A DNA stretch of 64,000 nt from Squalus acanthias (GCA_030390025.1 JASTWF010000369.1:372001-436000), one strand, 5' to 3'; shown: positions 35,985 to 50,599, numbered from the stretch's first letter. The notes: generated from the letters alone by a model not told the origin. Numbers and translations are program-made.

Positions 35985-37195
35985 TCTTCAACACAGGAAC
36001 AGGCCATTCGCCTAACTGGTCTATCTGTTGTTTATACTCCACATAGGTGTTACCCTAATCTAATGACTACTTCACACCCTTCCCCTGTGTATCCCTATAT
36101 CCCTCCTCCCTCGGGTATGTATCAAGCCCATTCTTAAATATAGCAATGCTCTCTGCTTCAACCATTCCACGTGGCAGCGAGTTCCACATTCTCAGCAGTC
36201 TGTGTGTAAGGAAATGCCTCCGAAATTCTGTACTTACTCTGTCAGTGTCTACAAGAAACCAGCCCCAGCTCAGTCCAAACTTTCCTTATAGTTGTATCCT
36301 CCCAATTCAGACAACATCCTTGCAAATATTTTCTGCACGTTCCCCAGTGCTTCAATATCCTTTTTGTCGCATGGAAACCAGAACTGCCCACAGTACTCCA
36401 AGTCTAGTCTAAACAAGGCTTCGTATAAATGTAACATTACCTCCCAGTTTTATGTTATATTCTGCTAGGAATGAACCCCAGTATTTTTAGAAGTTTTTTA
36501 TGGTCTTTTCAGCTTCCGGTGCTACTTTGAAGGATTTGTGTATCTGTGTTTCTAGATCTGTTTGCTCCTCTACCACATTTAGTTTCTTACCTTCCAATGA
36601 ATAATTAACCTCCTTATTCCTCCTCCCAAAATGAACCACCTCACACTTCGCTATATTGCATGTAATTTGTCATTTATCTGCCCACTCTGCAAGCCTGTCT
36701 GTGTCTTCTTATATTTTAGTGCAGTCCTGCACATTATTGGCTGGACACCCCAATTGGTATCATGTGGAAATTTCCACACCAGGGGGAAACACCTTCCAGA
36801 TGGCTGATCACCAAATTCAAAATCATCCCCCATACATCGACACTTTGAATCCAAATCATTGATGTTTATGCTGGACAACAGTGGTCCCTGCACAGATCCC
36901 TGAGGGACAACACTTCCCACTTGATGACATTCTGGGAAACTTCCCTTATCGAAAACCCCGATTTTCTGTATTCTAACCATCTTTCATTTAATTCTGTTAC
37001 TTTACCTCTGACTCCACAGACTCTGATCCTTATCATGAGTTTCTTATCGAGCACCTTATGGAAAGCCTTTTGAATGTTTATGTAGATCACACCAACTGCA
37101 TTGCCCTTTTGTAATCTTTCCATTAATTCTTCAATTTATTCATTAAGGTTGGTTAAACATGGCCTTCCTTTTACAAATCCATGCTGACTATCTTA
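35985..37195 (-). mobile_element. Old CR1 LINE fragment
   Basis: VPQGSVQGPLL..INDLD and IQKAFHKV remnants. Confidence 0.8.
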
Positions 37196-37199
37196 TATA

Positions 37200-37957
37200 G
37201 GGCCAGAAATTCGGCTTTCCGGCTTCCTGCGGGTGCAAGCATCGCGCGCGTACTTGTCTACCACGCCTGCTGTTGTGCTTCGGGTCCACTAGGAATTCAG
37301 CTCCTGGGCCTTCTGCAGCTGCCGGTGCGCAGTGCTTGCGTATCCCAGGGGTGCAGTTAGTTCGAAGCGTCCCCTGGGATCACGTGGGCCATGGAGAGCC
37401 AATCGGAGCAGCACATTTTCATTCATAGATTTGACAGGAAGACATGTCAAATCTATCAATAGAGATCGGCCCCAAAACAACACTTAAACTTCAAATACAT
37501 TTTTAAAAAAATCACATTTTAAAATAACTATAAGTTACATAAATTAACTACTTTAAACAAAAATTTACATTTTTGAAAAAGATAATTACACTTTTTAACG
37601 GCGCTAAAAATAAACGTACCTTTCTTTAAAGTATCTAAAAAAGGTAAACCTGTTGAAAAAATGTTTAAATTGTATTTAATTAATGACTTACCTTGTTAAA
37701 AACAGGCCTTGCGCCTCCTTTTTAAAAGTGCAGCTTCTCCATACTTACCCTCCCGGAGAAACCTGAAAAAAACGAAGTTCCCTGCGTGTGCGCTGCCTCT
37801 ACCGCGCACGCGTTCGACTTCTGAACCCCTCACTTCAGGGGAACAGAAGTTCCAGTTTCCCGCGCATGCGCAGTACATACGTGAAACCGGCACTTCAGGT
37901 GGCCTTACCGTGAATACACAGCGCGTACTCACCCGACAGCAGCCGAATTTCTGGCCC
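37200..37957. mobile_element. MITE related to 3806-4531, opposite orientation
   Basis: Perfect TIRs GGGCCAGAAATTCGGCT / AGCCGAATTTCTGGCCC. Shares GAAGTGCCGGTTTCA and GGCCCACGTGATCCCAGGG blocks with 3806-4531. Confidence 0.8.
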
Positions 37958-38409
37958 ATTATATTCTCCAGGGGTAATTGTTTTCGGGCCCAGCGCAAAA
38001 CAGGCGATGGTGAAGTGACTGGAAAACATTTAATTTATTTCGCATTAAGTGGGATATCCAAAAATGAGTAAATTATATATTGCAACCTGTATACTTCTAG
38101 CGTTTGGTAATCAAGTCAAATGTGTGATATTGTAAATCTTTTACTGAATTCAAATCTGGTGACTGGGAAACAGGCGTCTGACCCGAACTGCCCCGTCCCC
38201 GCCGGGTTAGGTTAAAATTACCCCCTTATGTTCTCTATCCTGTAATTCATCATCTGGATCAATATATGTCAGAAGGACGTAGAGAATTATGAACACAGAT
38301 TTGTACACTAAGGCTTCGTCTGATATTCCATCCTGCTCTTCAAACTTCGTGATATTTCATTTGTTTGCCCCTATCTATAGCAACAGTGACACTAAAGTTT
38401 ATGTCAGTG

Positions 38410-38830
38410 ATTCTGCGGGTAGACTAGAGAAGCTGGGATTGTTCTCCTTCTAGCAGAGATGGTTAAGCTGTAACAGACATGATGAAAATCAAGAAGGGAT
38501 TTGACAGATAAGGAGCAACTATTTCCACTGAAAGAACGGTCATGTAACCAAAGGCTCAGATTTATGGTTGTTGGCAAAAGAACCACAGGTGATCATGAGG
38601 AAAGTTTATTTTACGCAGTGAGTTGCTGTGATCTGGAATGCTCTGCATGAAAGGGTGGTGGAAGCAGATTCAAAAATAACTTTCAAACGGGAAATATATA
38701 AATACTTGAAGGGAAGAGAATTGCAGGCTTTGGGGAAAAAGCAGGGGAGTGGGACTATTTCAATAGCTCTTTCAAAGAGCCGGCACAGGTTAGATTGACC
38801 GAATGGCCTGCTCCTATGCTGTTATGTTCC
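38410..38830 (+). mobile_element. CR1 3' fragment
   Basis: Homologous to 2066-2402. Confidence 0.8.
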
Positions 38831-40111
38831 ATAATTGTTCAGGCTATAACTCTCGCTTAGCTTTTGATTCTGTACATTTTAGATCATCTCAGATTATATC
38901 CGACGGTGTCCCAGTGGTGTGTCACAGTGATTACCTGACATAACATAATTTCAAGACTTCAGCACAAAACTTAACCAATCCGTTCTTTATGTTCCGCCTA
39001 AATGAAGCTTTGTCATGTTTGTGTATGAAGCAACATGTAATGGACATCTAAATCAACCCCTCAGTATCAGTCCTATAGATGCAGCAAAGAAGTATCATCA
39101 GAAACCCCTAATGGATTATTTCATTCACATTCGATGGATGTGGGACAGATGTTCCTGGCACTGCACCTGGGAGCTTTTGAATTTTCTGTTGCAGTCAATA
39201 CATGAAAACCTCCGGTGAAGTATAGCACTTTCCCCAAACGGAGCTTTCTGATTGTCCATTCATTCCTTTATATGGCGGGAAGATTGGACAAGCCTCTGCA
39301 TAGTGTTTTTGCTTCCCCGCCCAAAGTTGATCTGAGATGTGATTTCAGATTTCAGTAGTTATTATAACTAATAATGTTTAGAGATGAAAAAAAGGTTAAA
39401 GAGTGAAGACACTGTAGATTAGATTTACTAGGTTTTGGTTATGCTTGAGACAGACATGAAGAATTATCAAAGCACAAGTATCATTCGTTAAATGTTTATT
39501 AACTGTCTCTAAACTACAATTACTCATCAAATATGCAAAGAAACTGATACTAAATCAGTAAACCAGTATTATATATAACTGCAAGCGTATTATAAGATGT
39601 TATGATTTTTTCTTCCGATGTGTGCGACTCTGGTAATCCAGCATTTATTGTCCATCCCTTCTTGCCTTGAATGCATTAACAGCCAGCTATGTTGGGTGGG
39701 AGAGAATCACTTGTAGGCCAGACCAGATAGAGAGTGTCAGGTTTCCTTCTCTGTAATATATTAGTGAAACAGCTCGGTTTTAATGATAATCCGCCAGATT
39801 CCGTGATCATTTTTCTTGGTGATAACCCACAAATTATCAGTCTTAATGATTTCAATTTTACACCTTCCCATATTGGAATTTGCACTCAACACCTTTGCGA
39901 TGCTCGTCCAGTACTATCGTCACTAGGCTACTGTATTATCCCTCTCACTCATTCTGGAACATTGCTAATGTATTTACAGAACACTGCTTTCATAGTTGTC
40001 TGGTACAGCTGAATGAATAGGCAACAGTAAATAATAGAATTCAACTGGGAATGCGGGCTGTGCGTTTCACCAGGTTGATCCAGGGGGAATTTTTTTTACA
40101 AATCAACGTAC

Positions 40112-40371
40112 TTGAACTGAGGTTCATCTGCTGTAATATTCTGGAAACTTGCCCTTTCTGATTCCGTGGAAACTGATTGCAGTAATTGTGAGTTCCTCAC
40201 AGTAACTAGTGCCATAGCAATTCACCATCCACTGCTTTATTGGGACCGTTATGTACACATTGCTTTCACAATTGTCTATCTCACAGTCATCCAAAACCTC
40301 CATTATACTATAGTCCGGAGGATGAGAACTCCCATGGTTCAGTGTGCAGTGATATATCAAAGAGTGAGAAT
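40112..40371 (-). pseudogene. MHC class I-like alpha1 exon, frameshifted (pseudogene C)
   Basis: 260-nt exon (ttctag| ... |gtacgt), one base shorter than its paralogue at 5774-6034. DSHSLIYHCTLNHGSSHPPDYSIMEVLDDCEID...KQWM...FHGIRKG aligns with gene A. A 1-nt deletion gives a premature TGA, and the shifted frame restores ..RILQQMNLSS. Confidence 0.88.
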
Positions 40372-40514
40372 CTAGAACATCATAACATGGAAACAGCAAT
40401 TCACTGAACAATTTATGCAAGAGTCTAAACTTATATTCTGACATCAGAAACATTTAATTAATGGAAATTAATACACGTTTCCTGAGAGGATAAAATGACA
40501 CCTAAAAGATGGAC

Positions 40515-40617
<103 letters not shown>

Positions 40618-41416
40618 CAGGGTTTATTTTTCGAAGCTAATCACCCTGAAATCATGCAATCTGGCCACGGGGTTCCCACAAATCACTCAAACATCGTTGT
40701 GTGTTTTTCACCAATCGCACTGTCTGAACATTTTATTGTCCACAGTAAGAGATTCAATTTTAAAACGTCAACTATTATATTTTACAATACAATCATTAAT
40801 TCTATCTAGTAAATTGTCTTTTGCATCTTTTATTGCTTTCCTCAAGCTGTCTAACTGAAGGCCTCATCCTCTTTCATGAGCTTTGTCTTTGAGTTGGATG
40901 GTGACGGTTCAATCTGGGATTGTTAACTAGGCCTAATTTCCCAGCATACACCTGTGGCGTTCAGTGAGCGGGGAATGTTTTTATTTACATTTTACTAGGT
41001 TTTTCTCAATGATGTTTCCTAAATTAATATTGAAGAAACCTGGAGGACCAGTGACAAATCTGTATTGTGGTAAAACATAGGTTGACATTTTCTTTACAAG
41101 AAAAGGCCATTGTGCCCATTGCAACTCATCCCTCCGGGGCCAAGACTGTCCCAGTAGATTGGAACTGCGTTGGGAACACCGCTAAAGATTACCATTCGTG
41201 CTTTCCTACAGAGGGATTCATCGTAGCTTTCATCATTCTTGAGGAAAGTTGTTCCTAATGTATGTTTACAACCCCCAAGCCACTCACATAGATCTGTGTC
41301 TTCTGACTTACTTTAAACTTTTAATTCATCACTCTTGAAAGTGGCTTTAACAGATTGAGATTAAATCTCCCTGTGCGATAGTAGGTCCTCTACCACAACG
41401 ATCTGAAAACATCTTG

Positions 41417-41630
41417 AGGGACCGTGTGACCCCTTGACATACTGACATGAAATCACCCTAAGGGGCGGTGTGACCTCTTAACAGACTGATATGAAATCAC
41501 CCTTTTGGACAGTATGACCCCATAACACACTGTTATGAAATCACCCTGTGGGGCAGTGTGACCCCATAACACACTGATAGAAAATCACCCTATGGGGCAG
41601 TGTGACCCCATAACACACTGATATGAAATC
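41417..41630. repeat. 44-bp minisatellite, ~5 copies
   Basis: Unit GGGGCAGTGTGACCCCATAACACACTGATATGAAATCACCCTAT. Confidence 0.9.
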
Positions 41631-41739
41631 TCCTATTCTTCCAGTTTTGTTTTGATCCTGTGTCCCCCAGTGCGTGTTTCCAATCGTTCTTTTCCACACC
41701 ACACCATTTCTCACACAAAAAGATTCGATCACAAATATC

Positions 41740-41940
41740 TCATGGATTTCGGCCAAGCAAGACCAAGGAAAGGTCCTGCTGGAGCCCATCTACCGAATCA
41801 GTTCACTCGCCCTTAACTGAGGATTTCGTACTGCTCCATATTGAAGGCAGTTTGCAGGAAATGCTCAGGGAAGCGCGGACACAGAATGTACGCTGAGTGG
41901 GTACTTCAATGTCCACCGCCAAAAGTAGCCCAGCAGTCTC
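41740..41940 (+). mobile_element. Highly decayed LINE endonuclease fragment
   Basis: Resembles the reverse complement of 62040-62200 (CAGAATGTAC...ACTTCAATGTCCA, the GDFN region). Confidence 0.5.
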
Positions 41941-42434
41941 TGCACTTGTAAAGTTGGGGCACTTGTACTGGACCTAGGTTTTCTCTACCTGCCAAGGTTT
42001 CGGTGCTGATTATTGAATATCAATACTGTTGAAGGAATAATACTGGTACATGGAACAGTGCCTTTTAACATGCAGAGCAGAGGTTCTCCGTTGCAGTTAC
42101 TGCACTGGCCGGATCTAGTCATGAAGAAGATCTGCGGAATGAAGGCAGACGGGAAATGTGCCTTGTTAGCAGCTAAAGTTCTGGGACATGGAATATTGGA
42201 CATTACATATTCGCTGCAGTTTTTTTCTTCATGGCTTGTTTTGCTGTTATGGAACAAATTGCAAATGTTTCCAGGATTTCTAGCTGTCTTCTCGCGGTTG
42301 GATCACTGAACATGCGGAACTGTGCATCACGTAATGTAACAGCTTTGTTGAAGGGACGCGGGTGTCTGTCCAGTTCGGTAGACGCTAAAGCCGCAAAGTT
42401 TCGTTTTCTGTCACTCAGAGACTACGAGTGTTAG

Positions 42435-42489
42435 CAGAAAGTCCCTGCACATAAACCGCAAGCGACAACAAATATAGCACAGAGCACAT
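42435..42489 (-). pseudogene. Probable leader exon of pseudogene C with inactivated splice donor
   Basis: ATG TGC TCT ... CTT TCT G = MCSVLYLLSLAVYVQGLS plus phase-1 G, followed by ctaac where gtaa is expected. Lies 2 kb upstream of the alpha1 pseudo-exon and joins in frame (G+AT = D). Confidence 0.55.
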
Positions 42490-43599
42490 TGCTTAAAGCA
42501 TCCACAACATGTTCCACAGTCGGATCACGGCATCGACCATTCCGTGTCCAGCTCTCATTACATCCATTGTGTATACAGAGTGACTGTAAGTAGAAGTCGG
42601 AAATGACAATGGTATTCTAAATGGTGAATTCTCTTTCTTCCGGTTTCTTTCGGTATTTTCAGATTCTGTTTTACTAAAATAGAATACTTGGAAACTCCAG
42701 CGGATCCAGTAAATTGGAACGTGACATTGGCTAACTATTCGGATCCGCCATTCCTCTGTCGGGGGAGCACAAGAGACCAGAATTGGTGGAGCGCAGATAT
42801 GTACATAAAATAAAGGCAGTGTTGGAAACGTTTCTGAGAGCCGATAACAGTGTTCAACAGAAGTGATATTTTGATCGGTTTAAATGACCCCTGCCTGATA
42901 TGAATGTTTGAGCTCCGATTTTGTGGGAAATTTTCATTATTAAATTTGTTGTTAACCTGGCCGCATTGTACCAATTACGGAAGGTAGATTTAATATTATT
43001 GAAAGGAGTACTTCATTCACTGGATAGCTCAAAGGTTCACAGGTATATCTAACACTTTCCCCCCTCCTCCCGCCCCCGCCTGTGTTTTAATCTTGAAACC
43101 TGCCGATCTGGGCACCGTGCCAGGCCAGGAAGTAAGGACGGAATTCCTTGTTCAATACAAGTATGAAGATTCCTTCCAGTCGCATCATAAATGGCCAGTG
43201 CGACCCCTGTGCGGGAGAGGAACTTTACCAGCAAACCAAGACTCAGTGTCTGGGCTCCCCCATGAAACCCAGACTGAAAGGTGTTCTATCCGATGTCTGT
43301 TGGTTCCTGTGCACTCCACCGTGAGTCATTGCCTCCGGTATAGGAGAGAACAAATTGTTTGTCCCCACCCCAAGACAATAGAAACATTCTCGAAACCGTA
43401 CATTTCAATTCGGTAATAGTGAGAAACAGACCTGGAGATATAAAGCTGTTGGTTATGTGAAATCATTCTGCTTAGTAATGAGAAAATAAATTCATGAAAA
43501 TGAAACATAAGCTGAGAGTTAGCTTTCTTGAATTATATAAACGACGCTTTGGGCCCTTCTACAACTTGAACACTTTTCTTCACGTGGTGCATTACATCG

Positions 43600-44359
43600 T
43601 GTTTACAGCACAGAAACAGGTCATTCTGCCCAACTGGCCCCTGCCAGTGTTTATGCTCCAAACCAGCCTCCTCCCACTCTATTTGCTTCATTTCACTCGA
43701 TACACATATCTTTCTATTCCTTTCTCACTCATGTACTTATCTAGCTTCACCTTAAATATGTCTATGCTATTCGCCCCAACCACTCCACGTGGTAGCGAGT
43801 TCCACATTCTCACCGCTCTCTGAGTAAAGACCTTTTTCCTGAATTCCTTGTTTGATTTATTAGTGATTATCTTATATTTGTGGAGCCTAGTTTTGGATTC
43901 CTAACAATTAGAAACATCTTCTCTTAGTCTACACTATAGAACCCCTTCATAATCTTAAAGACCTCTCTCAGGTCACCCCTCAGTCTTTCAATTTTACAGA
44001 GCAAAGGACCCCAGTCTGTTCACTTTTTCCTGATAGTTATAACCTCTCAGTCTGGTGACATCCTTGCAAAAAAAATACATTCTCCAGTGCATCTATATCT
44101 TTTTTTTAATAATATGCAGACCAGAACTATGCATAGTAATCTAAACGTGGTCTAAGCAAGATTCAATACACGTTTAACATAACTTCTCTGCTTTTGAATT
44201 GTAGTTATCTAGAAATCAACCCCAGGGCTTTGTTTGCATGTTATGGGCGTATTAACCAGTGTTGCTGCATTTAATCATCTCTGAATATTTACCCCTAGAT
44301 CACTTGGCTGCTCTACCCCATTTAGACTCTTATTTTCCTAGGAGAATGTGGCTTCCTTA
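43600..44359 (-). mobile_element. Old CR1 3' fragment
   Basis: Homologous to 22262-22930. Confidence 0.8.
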
Positions 44360-47300
44360 CATAAGAACATAAGAAATAGGAGCAGGAGTAGGCCATTTGG
44401 CACTTCGAGCCTGCTCCACCATTCAATAAGATCATGGCTGATCTTCTACCTCATCTCCACTTTCCTGCACTATCACAATATCTCTTGATTCCCCTTAATA
44501 TTCAAAAATCTATCGATCTCTGTCTTGAATATATCAACGACTGAGACTCCACAGCCCTCTGGGGAAAAGAATTGCAAAGATTCACCACCTTCTGAGTGAA
44601 GACATTCCTCCTCATCTCAATCCTAAATGGCCAATCCCATCTACCCTGTCAAGCTCTGTAAGAATTTTGTATATTTCAAAGAGATCACCTCTCATTCTTC
44701 TAACCTCTAGAGAATATAGGCCTAGTCTACTCAATCTCTCCTCATAGGACAATCCCCCCATCCATGGAACCAATCTGGTGAACCTTCGTTGTACTCTCTC
44801 TATGGCAAGTGTAACCTTCGTTAGGTAAGGAGACCAAAACTGTACACAATACTCCATGTGTGGTCTCAGCAGGGTCCTATATAATTGCAGTAAGACGTTT
44901 TTACTCTTATAAACAAATCAACATACCATTTGCTTTCCTAATTGCTTGCTGTTCCTGCATGTTAACTTTCAGTGATCCGTGTACAAGAACTCTCAGGTCC
45001 CTCTGAACGCCAACATTTCCCAATCTCTCACCATTTAAAAAATACCCTGCTTTTCTGTTTTTCCTACCAAACTGGATAACTTCACATTTCTCCACATGAT
45101 ACTCCATGTGCAATGATCTTGCCTAGTCACTCAGATGTCCATATCCCCTTGAAACCTTCTTGCATCCTCCGCACAACTTACATTCTAACCCAGCTTTGCA
45201 TCATCAGCAAACGTGGATATATTACATTTGGTCCCCTCATCCAAATCATTGATGTAGATTGTGAATAGCTGAGGCCCAAGCACTGATCCTTGCGGTACCC
45301 CACTAGTTACAAACTGCCATCGCGATAATTACCCTTTGATTCCTACTTTCTGTTTTCTGTCCTTTAACCAATCCTCAATCCATGCTAGCATATTACCCCC
45401 AACCCATGATACCTAATTTTGTTTAATAACCTCTTGTGTGGCACCTTATCGAATGCCTTCTGAAAATCCAAATACACCACATCCAGTGGTTCCGACTTAT
45501 TTATTCTTCTAGTTACAACCTCAAAAATCTCCAACACATTTGTCAAACGCGATTTCCCTTTCATAACTCCGTGTTGACTCTGCTCAATCCCATTATTATT
45601 TTGTAAGCGGCCTGTTACCAGAACTTAATAATAGATTCTTACATTTTCCCTACTACTGATGTCAGGCTAACTGGTCTGTAGTTCTCAGTTTTCTCTCTCC
45701 CTCCTTTCTTAAATAGTGGGGTTACATTTGCTACCGTCCAATCCGTGGGAATCGTTCTACAATCTATGGAAATATGGAAACTGAGAACCAATGCATCCAC
45801 TATCTCTATAGCCACCTCTTTCAAAACCCGAGGATGTCGGCAATCAGGTCGAGGGGGTTTATCGGCTTTCAGTCCGATTAATTTCTCCAGTACTATTCTT
45901 TTACTAAAATTAATTTATTATAGTTCTTCATTCTCACTGGACCCTTGGTTCTCCACTATTTCTGGGAAGTTTTTTGCGTCTTCTTCCCTGAAGACAGACA
46001 CAAAGTATTTGTTTCATTTCTCTACCATTTTATTGTTCCCAATTATAATTTCTTCTGTCTCAACTGGTAAGGGACCAACATTTACTTTCGCTAAACATTG
46101 CTTTTTCATATACCTGTAAAAGCTTTAACCGTCTGCTTTTATGTCGCTAGCTAGTTTACTCTCATATTCTATTTTCCCTTTCTTTATGAATTTCCTGGTC
46201 ATCCTTTGCTGAATTCTAAAATCCACCCAATCCTCAGGTTTACTACTCTTTTTGGGTTAATTATAAGCCTCTTCCTTTGATCTAATACTATCTTTAAGTT
46301 CTCTTGTTAGTCACGGTTGTACCACTTTTCCTTTGGTGTTTTTGTGCCTTAAAGGAATACATATTTGTTGTAAATTATGTATTAATTCTTTAAATGCTAA
46401 CCATTGCTTGTCTACGACATGCCTTTTAATGTAGTTTCTCAATCTACCTTAGCCAACACGCCCCTCATACCTACATAGTTTGCTTTGTTTAGATTTAAAA
46501 CCCTAGTTTCGGACTTAACTAAATCACTTTCAAACTTAATTAAAATTCTATCATATTGTGGTCACTCTTCCCTAAAGGCCCCTTTACTACACGAATATTA
46601 ATTAACCCTTACTTATTGCACAATAGTAGATCTACAATAGCCTGTGCCCTAGTTGGTTCCTCAACATACGGATCGAGAAAACTATCTTGCATACATTCCA
46701 TGAATTCGTCCTCCACACTAGTACTGCAAATTTGGTTTGCCCAGTCTATATTTATATTACATTCCCCCATAATCACTGTATTACCCTTGTTACATGCAAC
46801 TCTAATTTCTGATTAATACCCTGCCCTACAATTCAACTACTGTTTGGAGGCCTTAAAACAACTCCCACCAATTTTTTCTGCCCCTTGCTGTTTTTTTAGC
46901 TCCACTCAAACTGATTTTACTTCTTGATTTTCGGAGCTAAGATCCTTTCTCTCCACTGTCTTTAACCCATCCTTTATTATCAGTTAGATCCCTACTCCTT
47001 TCCGATTTTAGCCTAACATCTCTCATTGGGAATATGCTGCAGTCCATTATTCAGGAGATAGTTGCAGGATATTTAGAAAATCATAATACAATCAAGCAGA
47101 GTCAGCATGGTTTTATAAAAGGAAAATCATGTTTGACAAATTTGCTAGAGTTCTTTGAGGACGTAGCGAGCAGGGTGGATAAAGAGGAACCAGTAGATGT
47201 AGTGTATTTGGATTTCCAGAAGGCATTCGATAATTTGCCACATAAAAGGTTACTGCACAAGATAAGAGCTCACGGGGTTGGGGGTAATATATTAGCATGG

Positions 47301-49640
47301 ATAGAGGATTGGCTAACTAACAGAAAACAGACAGTCGGGGAATATGGGTTATTTTGAGGTTGGCAAACTGTAACTAGTGGGGTGCCACAGGGATCAGTGC
47401 TGGGGCTCAACTATTAACAATCTATATTCATAACTTTGATGAAGGGACCGAGTGTGATGTAGCCACATTTGCTAATGATACAAAGATAGTTGTGAAAGCA
47501 AGTTGTGAGGAGCACACAAAGAATCTGCAAAGGAATATAGATAGGTTAAGGGAGTGGACAAAGATTTGGCAGATGGAGCATATTGTGAGGTTATCCACTT
47601 TGGTAGGAAGAATAAAAAAGCAAATTAATATTTAAATGTAGAGAGACTACAAAATCCTGCGGTACAGAGGGATCTGGGGGTCCTTGTACACGAAACACAA
47701 AAGGTTAGCATGCAGGTACAGCAAGTAATTAGGAAGGCAAATGGAATGTTGGCCTTTATTGCTTGCGGGTGGAGTATAAAAGTAGGGAAGTCTTGCTACA
47801 ACTGTACAGGGCGTTGGTGAGACTACACCTCGAGTACTGCGTATAGTTCTGTCTCCTTATTTAAGGAGGGATATACTTGCATTGGAGACAGTTCAGAGAA
47901 GGTTCACGAGGTTGATTCCTGGATGAGGGATTTGTCTTATGAAGAAAGGTTGAAGAGGTTGAGCCTATTCTCATTGGAGTTTAGAAGAATGAGAGGTGAT
48001 CTTATTGAAATATATAAGATTCTGTGGGGGCTTGAAAGAGTAGATGCAGAGAGGATGTTTCCGCTTGTGGGGAAATCTAGAACTAGTGGGCATAGTTTCA
48101 GAATAAGGTGTCGCCCATTTAAAACGGAGATGAGGATGAATTTCTTCTCTCAGAGGGTCGTGAATCTTTGGAATTCTCTATCCCAGGGAGCTGTGGAGGC
48201 TGGGTCATTGAATATATTTAAGGTGGAGCTGGACAGATTGTTGAAATATTGGGGCGTCAAGGGTTATGGGGAGCAGGCAGGAAAGTAGCGTTGAGGCCAA
48301 GATTAGATTAGCGATGATCTTATTGAATGGCGGAACAGCCCTGAGGGGCCAAATGTCCAACTCTTCCTCCTATTTCTTATGTTCTTAATATCTTATATTT
48401 TGCCATCTCTTCTAAAAGTTAAGTGTCCTGGATTATTTAGTTCTAAACATTGGCCACTTTGCAACCACGCCTCCGTTATGGCTATTGGATCAGATGTAGT
48501 GCCTTTAGCTTTGACTTATTTCTATTGTCCCTTGTCACCTTCGTCACTGATGCCTTATTACCTTTGTTACTCTCTCTGTCCCTTCCTGACCCACTCTGCT
48601 TATTTTGAGCCAAAACTCTACTCTGCTCTAGAGCCTTGACATTTCTCTCACAGCTTTTAAATTTACACTTTCCTGAATCCTCCCACAACCATTTCATTAG
48701 CTTAAAGCCCTGTCTACTGCCTTTGTTATTCGGTTCGCTTGGACACTGGTCCGAGCCCAGTTTAAGTGGAGCCCGTCCCAACGGAACAGCTCCTTCTTTC
48801 CCCAGCACTGGTGCCAGTGCGCCATGAACTGAACCCCCTTCCTCCCACAACATTCTACGAGCCACGCATTTAAACCTCTAATCTATTTGTCACTATGCCA
48901 ATTTGCGCGTGAGATTATTACCTTTGAGGTTCTACTTTTAAATTTGGATCGTAGGTCCTGAAACTCCCTCAGCAGAACATAAATCCTAGTTCTACCTATG
49001 TCCTACGTGGACCACGACAACTGGATCCTCCCCCTCCCACTCCAAATTATTCTACAGCCAGGAGAAGATGTCTTTAACCCTAGCACTGGGCAAGCAACAC
49101 AACCTTCGGAACTCTCGGTCACGGCTGCAGAGAACAGTATCTATCCCCCTGACTGTACTGTCCCCTAACACAACTACATTCTGTTTCACCCCCACCCACA
49201 GTTGAATGGCCTCCTGCACCATGGTGCCTTGGTCAGCTTGCTCGTCCATCCTGCAGGCTTTTCCCTCATCCACACAGGCAGCAAGAACCTCATACCTGTT
49301 GGGCAAGGGCAAAGGCTTAGGGTCCTCCAGCACTGCACCTGGTTTCCCCTTAACTGCCTGAGTTGCAATCACACCCTCCTGTCCCTGACCACTAACCAGA
49401 CCTGTAGCACTGCCTAACCTAAGGGATCTGACTGCCGCCTGGATCAAAGTGTCCATGTAATTCTCCCCATCCCTGTTTCCCCGCAATTTCTGCACGTCAT
49501 ACTTCAGCTCAAAAACGCTGAGCTGAAGTTCCTCACGATGCAGGCACTTACTGCAAACGTCGTTGTTCGGGATCACAATGCTCTCCACAAACTCCCACAT
49601 GCTGCAGTTGCGGCACACCACCTGCACTGCCATTCCTATA
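44360..49640 (-). mobile_element. Near full-length decayed CR1 LINE (ORF1 + ORF2), interrupted by another CR1
   Basis: ORF1 49052-49633 MAVQVVCRNCSMWE..CSKC..VVLGDSTVRG (zinc finger + GDSL/SGNH esterase), ORF2 remnants, and tail at 44360. Confidence 0.92.
47010..48397 (+). mobile_element. 5'-truncated CR1 nested in the previous element
   Basis: RT ORFs 47034-47357 and 47923-48288. ATTTT is present at both junctions and the host resumes in register. Confidence 0.9.
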
Positions 49641-50599
49641 TGAACCTTTTTTATTTAATTACATTTAATTAAGTTTTTATTCAGTTGACTTAGTTTACAG
49701 TGTAACTTCTTGAATACTTACTTGATCTAGATTTAGGTAAGGGTACTGAAGTTAAATATCTACTTGTAACACAAAGCACTACAGGTAGTGTAGGCAAAAG
49801 CAACAACTCCTTTCCCCTCTTCTCCGAATTCCCATTCTGTCCAAATTCCCCCCCAAAAAAGTCTGTTCAAATTTTGTCCATTTAATCCCGCTTTGTATAA
49901 GATTCAAAAGCCTCTGAGTGAAGACATTTCTCCTCATCTCAGCCTTAAATGGCTGAGCCCTTCTCCTGAGACTCCGCCCCCAAATTCTAGACTCTCCAGC
50001 CAGGGGAATAAATCTCTCAGCATCTATCCTGTCAAGCCATCTCAGAATCACTCTTCCTCTGATGCCCAATGTTAGTACCAAGCACGGGCGAGTCAGTTAT
50101 TTGCTGTTGGATGCAGAGTAAAGCTCCCTCTACCACCTCAATAAAGTTCCGCAGCTCCAACCTCGGAGGAGCGCCCCCTCCTGCATCACTGTGAAATGTT
50201 CTATTCACTTTGTTTGAAACTACATCCATTTATTCCAATAAGTCAATGTTCAAATTACAGTAAACATTAGTTGGCGCATTTTTATTCTCAATGTCACACT
50301 AAACAAAATATTACTTCCGTGTTTATCTGTAATGCATCACATATGCTGCTAACCAAAAACAAGTACTGTATTAAGCCTAGTAATGAACAGCACACGTTAC
50401 AATCAAGTGACTGACTGTGGGCATGAATTGTATTCAATTTTAAAAGGTGTACAACATGTTACACGTTGCAGTCATTTGGTATAAAGTAATTCAAAATTAT
50501 ACAAGGTACACTTTCAATCTGTATAAAATTCATTAGGTGTAAATCAACACAAAGCCATAGAGAGGATGTTTCCATTTGATGCATAATTAGATCAAAATG

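Noticed and set aside
43049..43416. ORFs in unique-looking sequence (possible exon or viral relic)
   Set aside because: No recognisable domain in the frames I translated, and no coherent splice pair.
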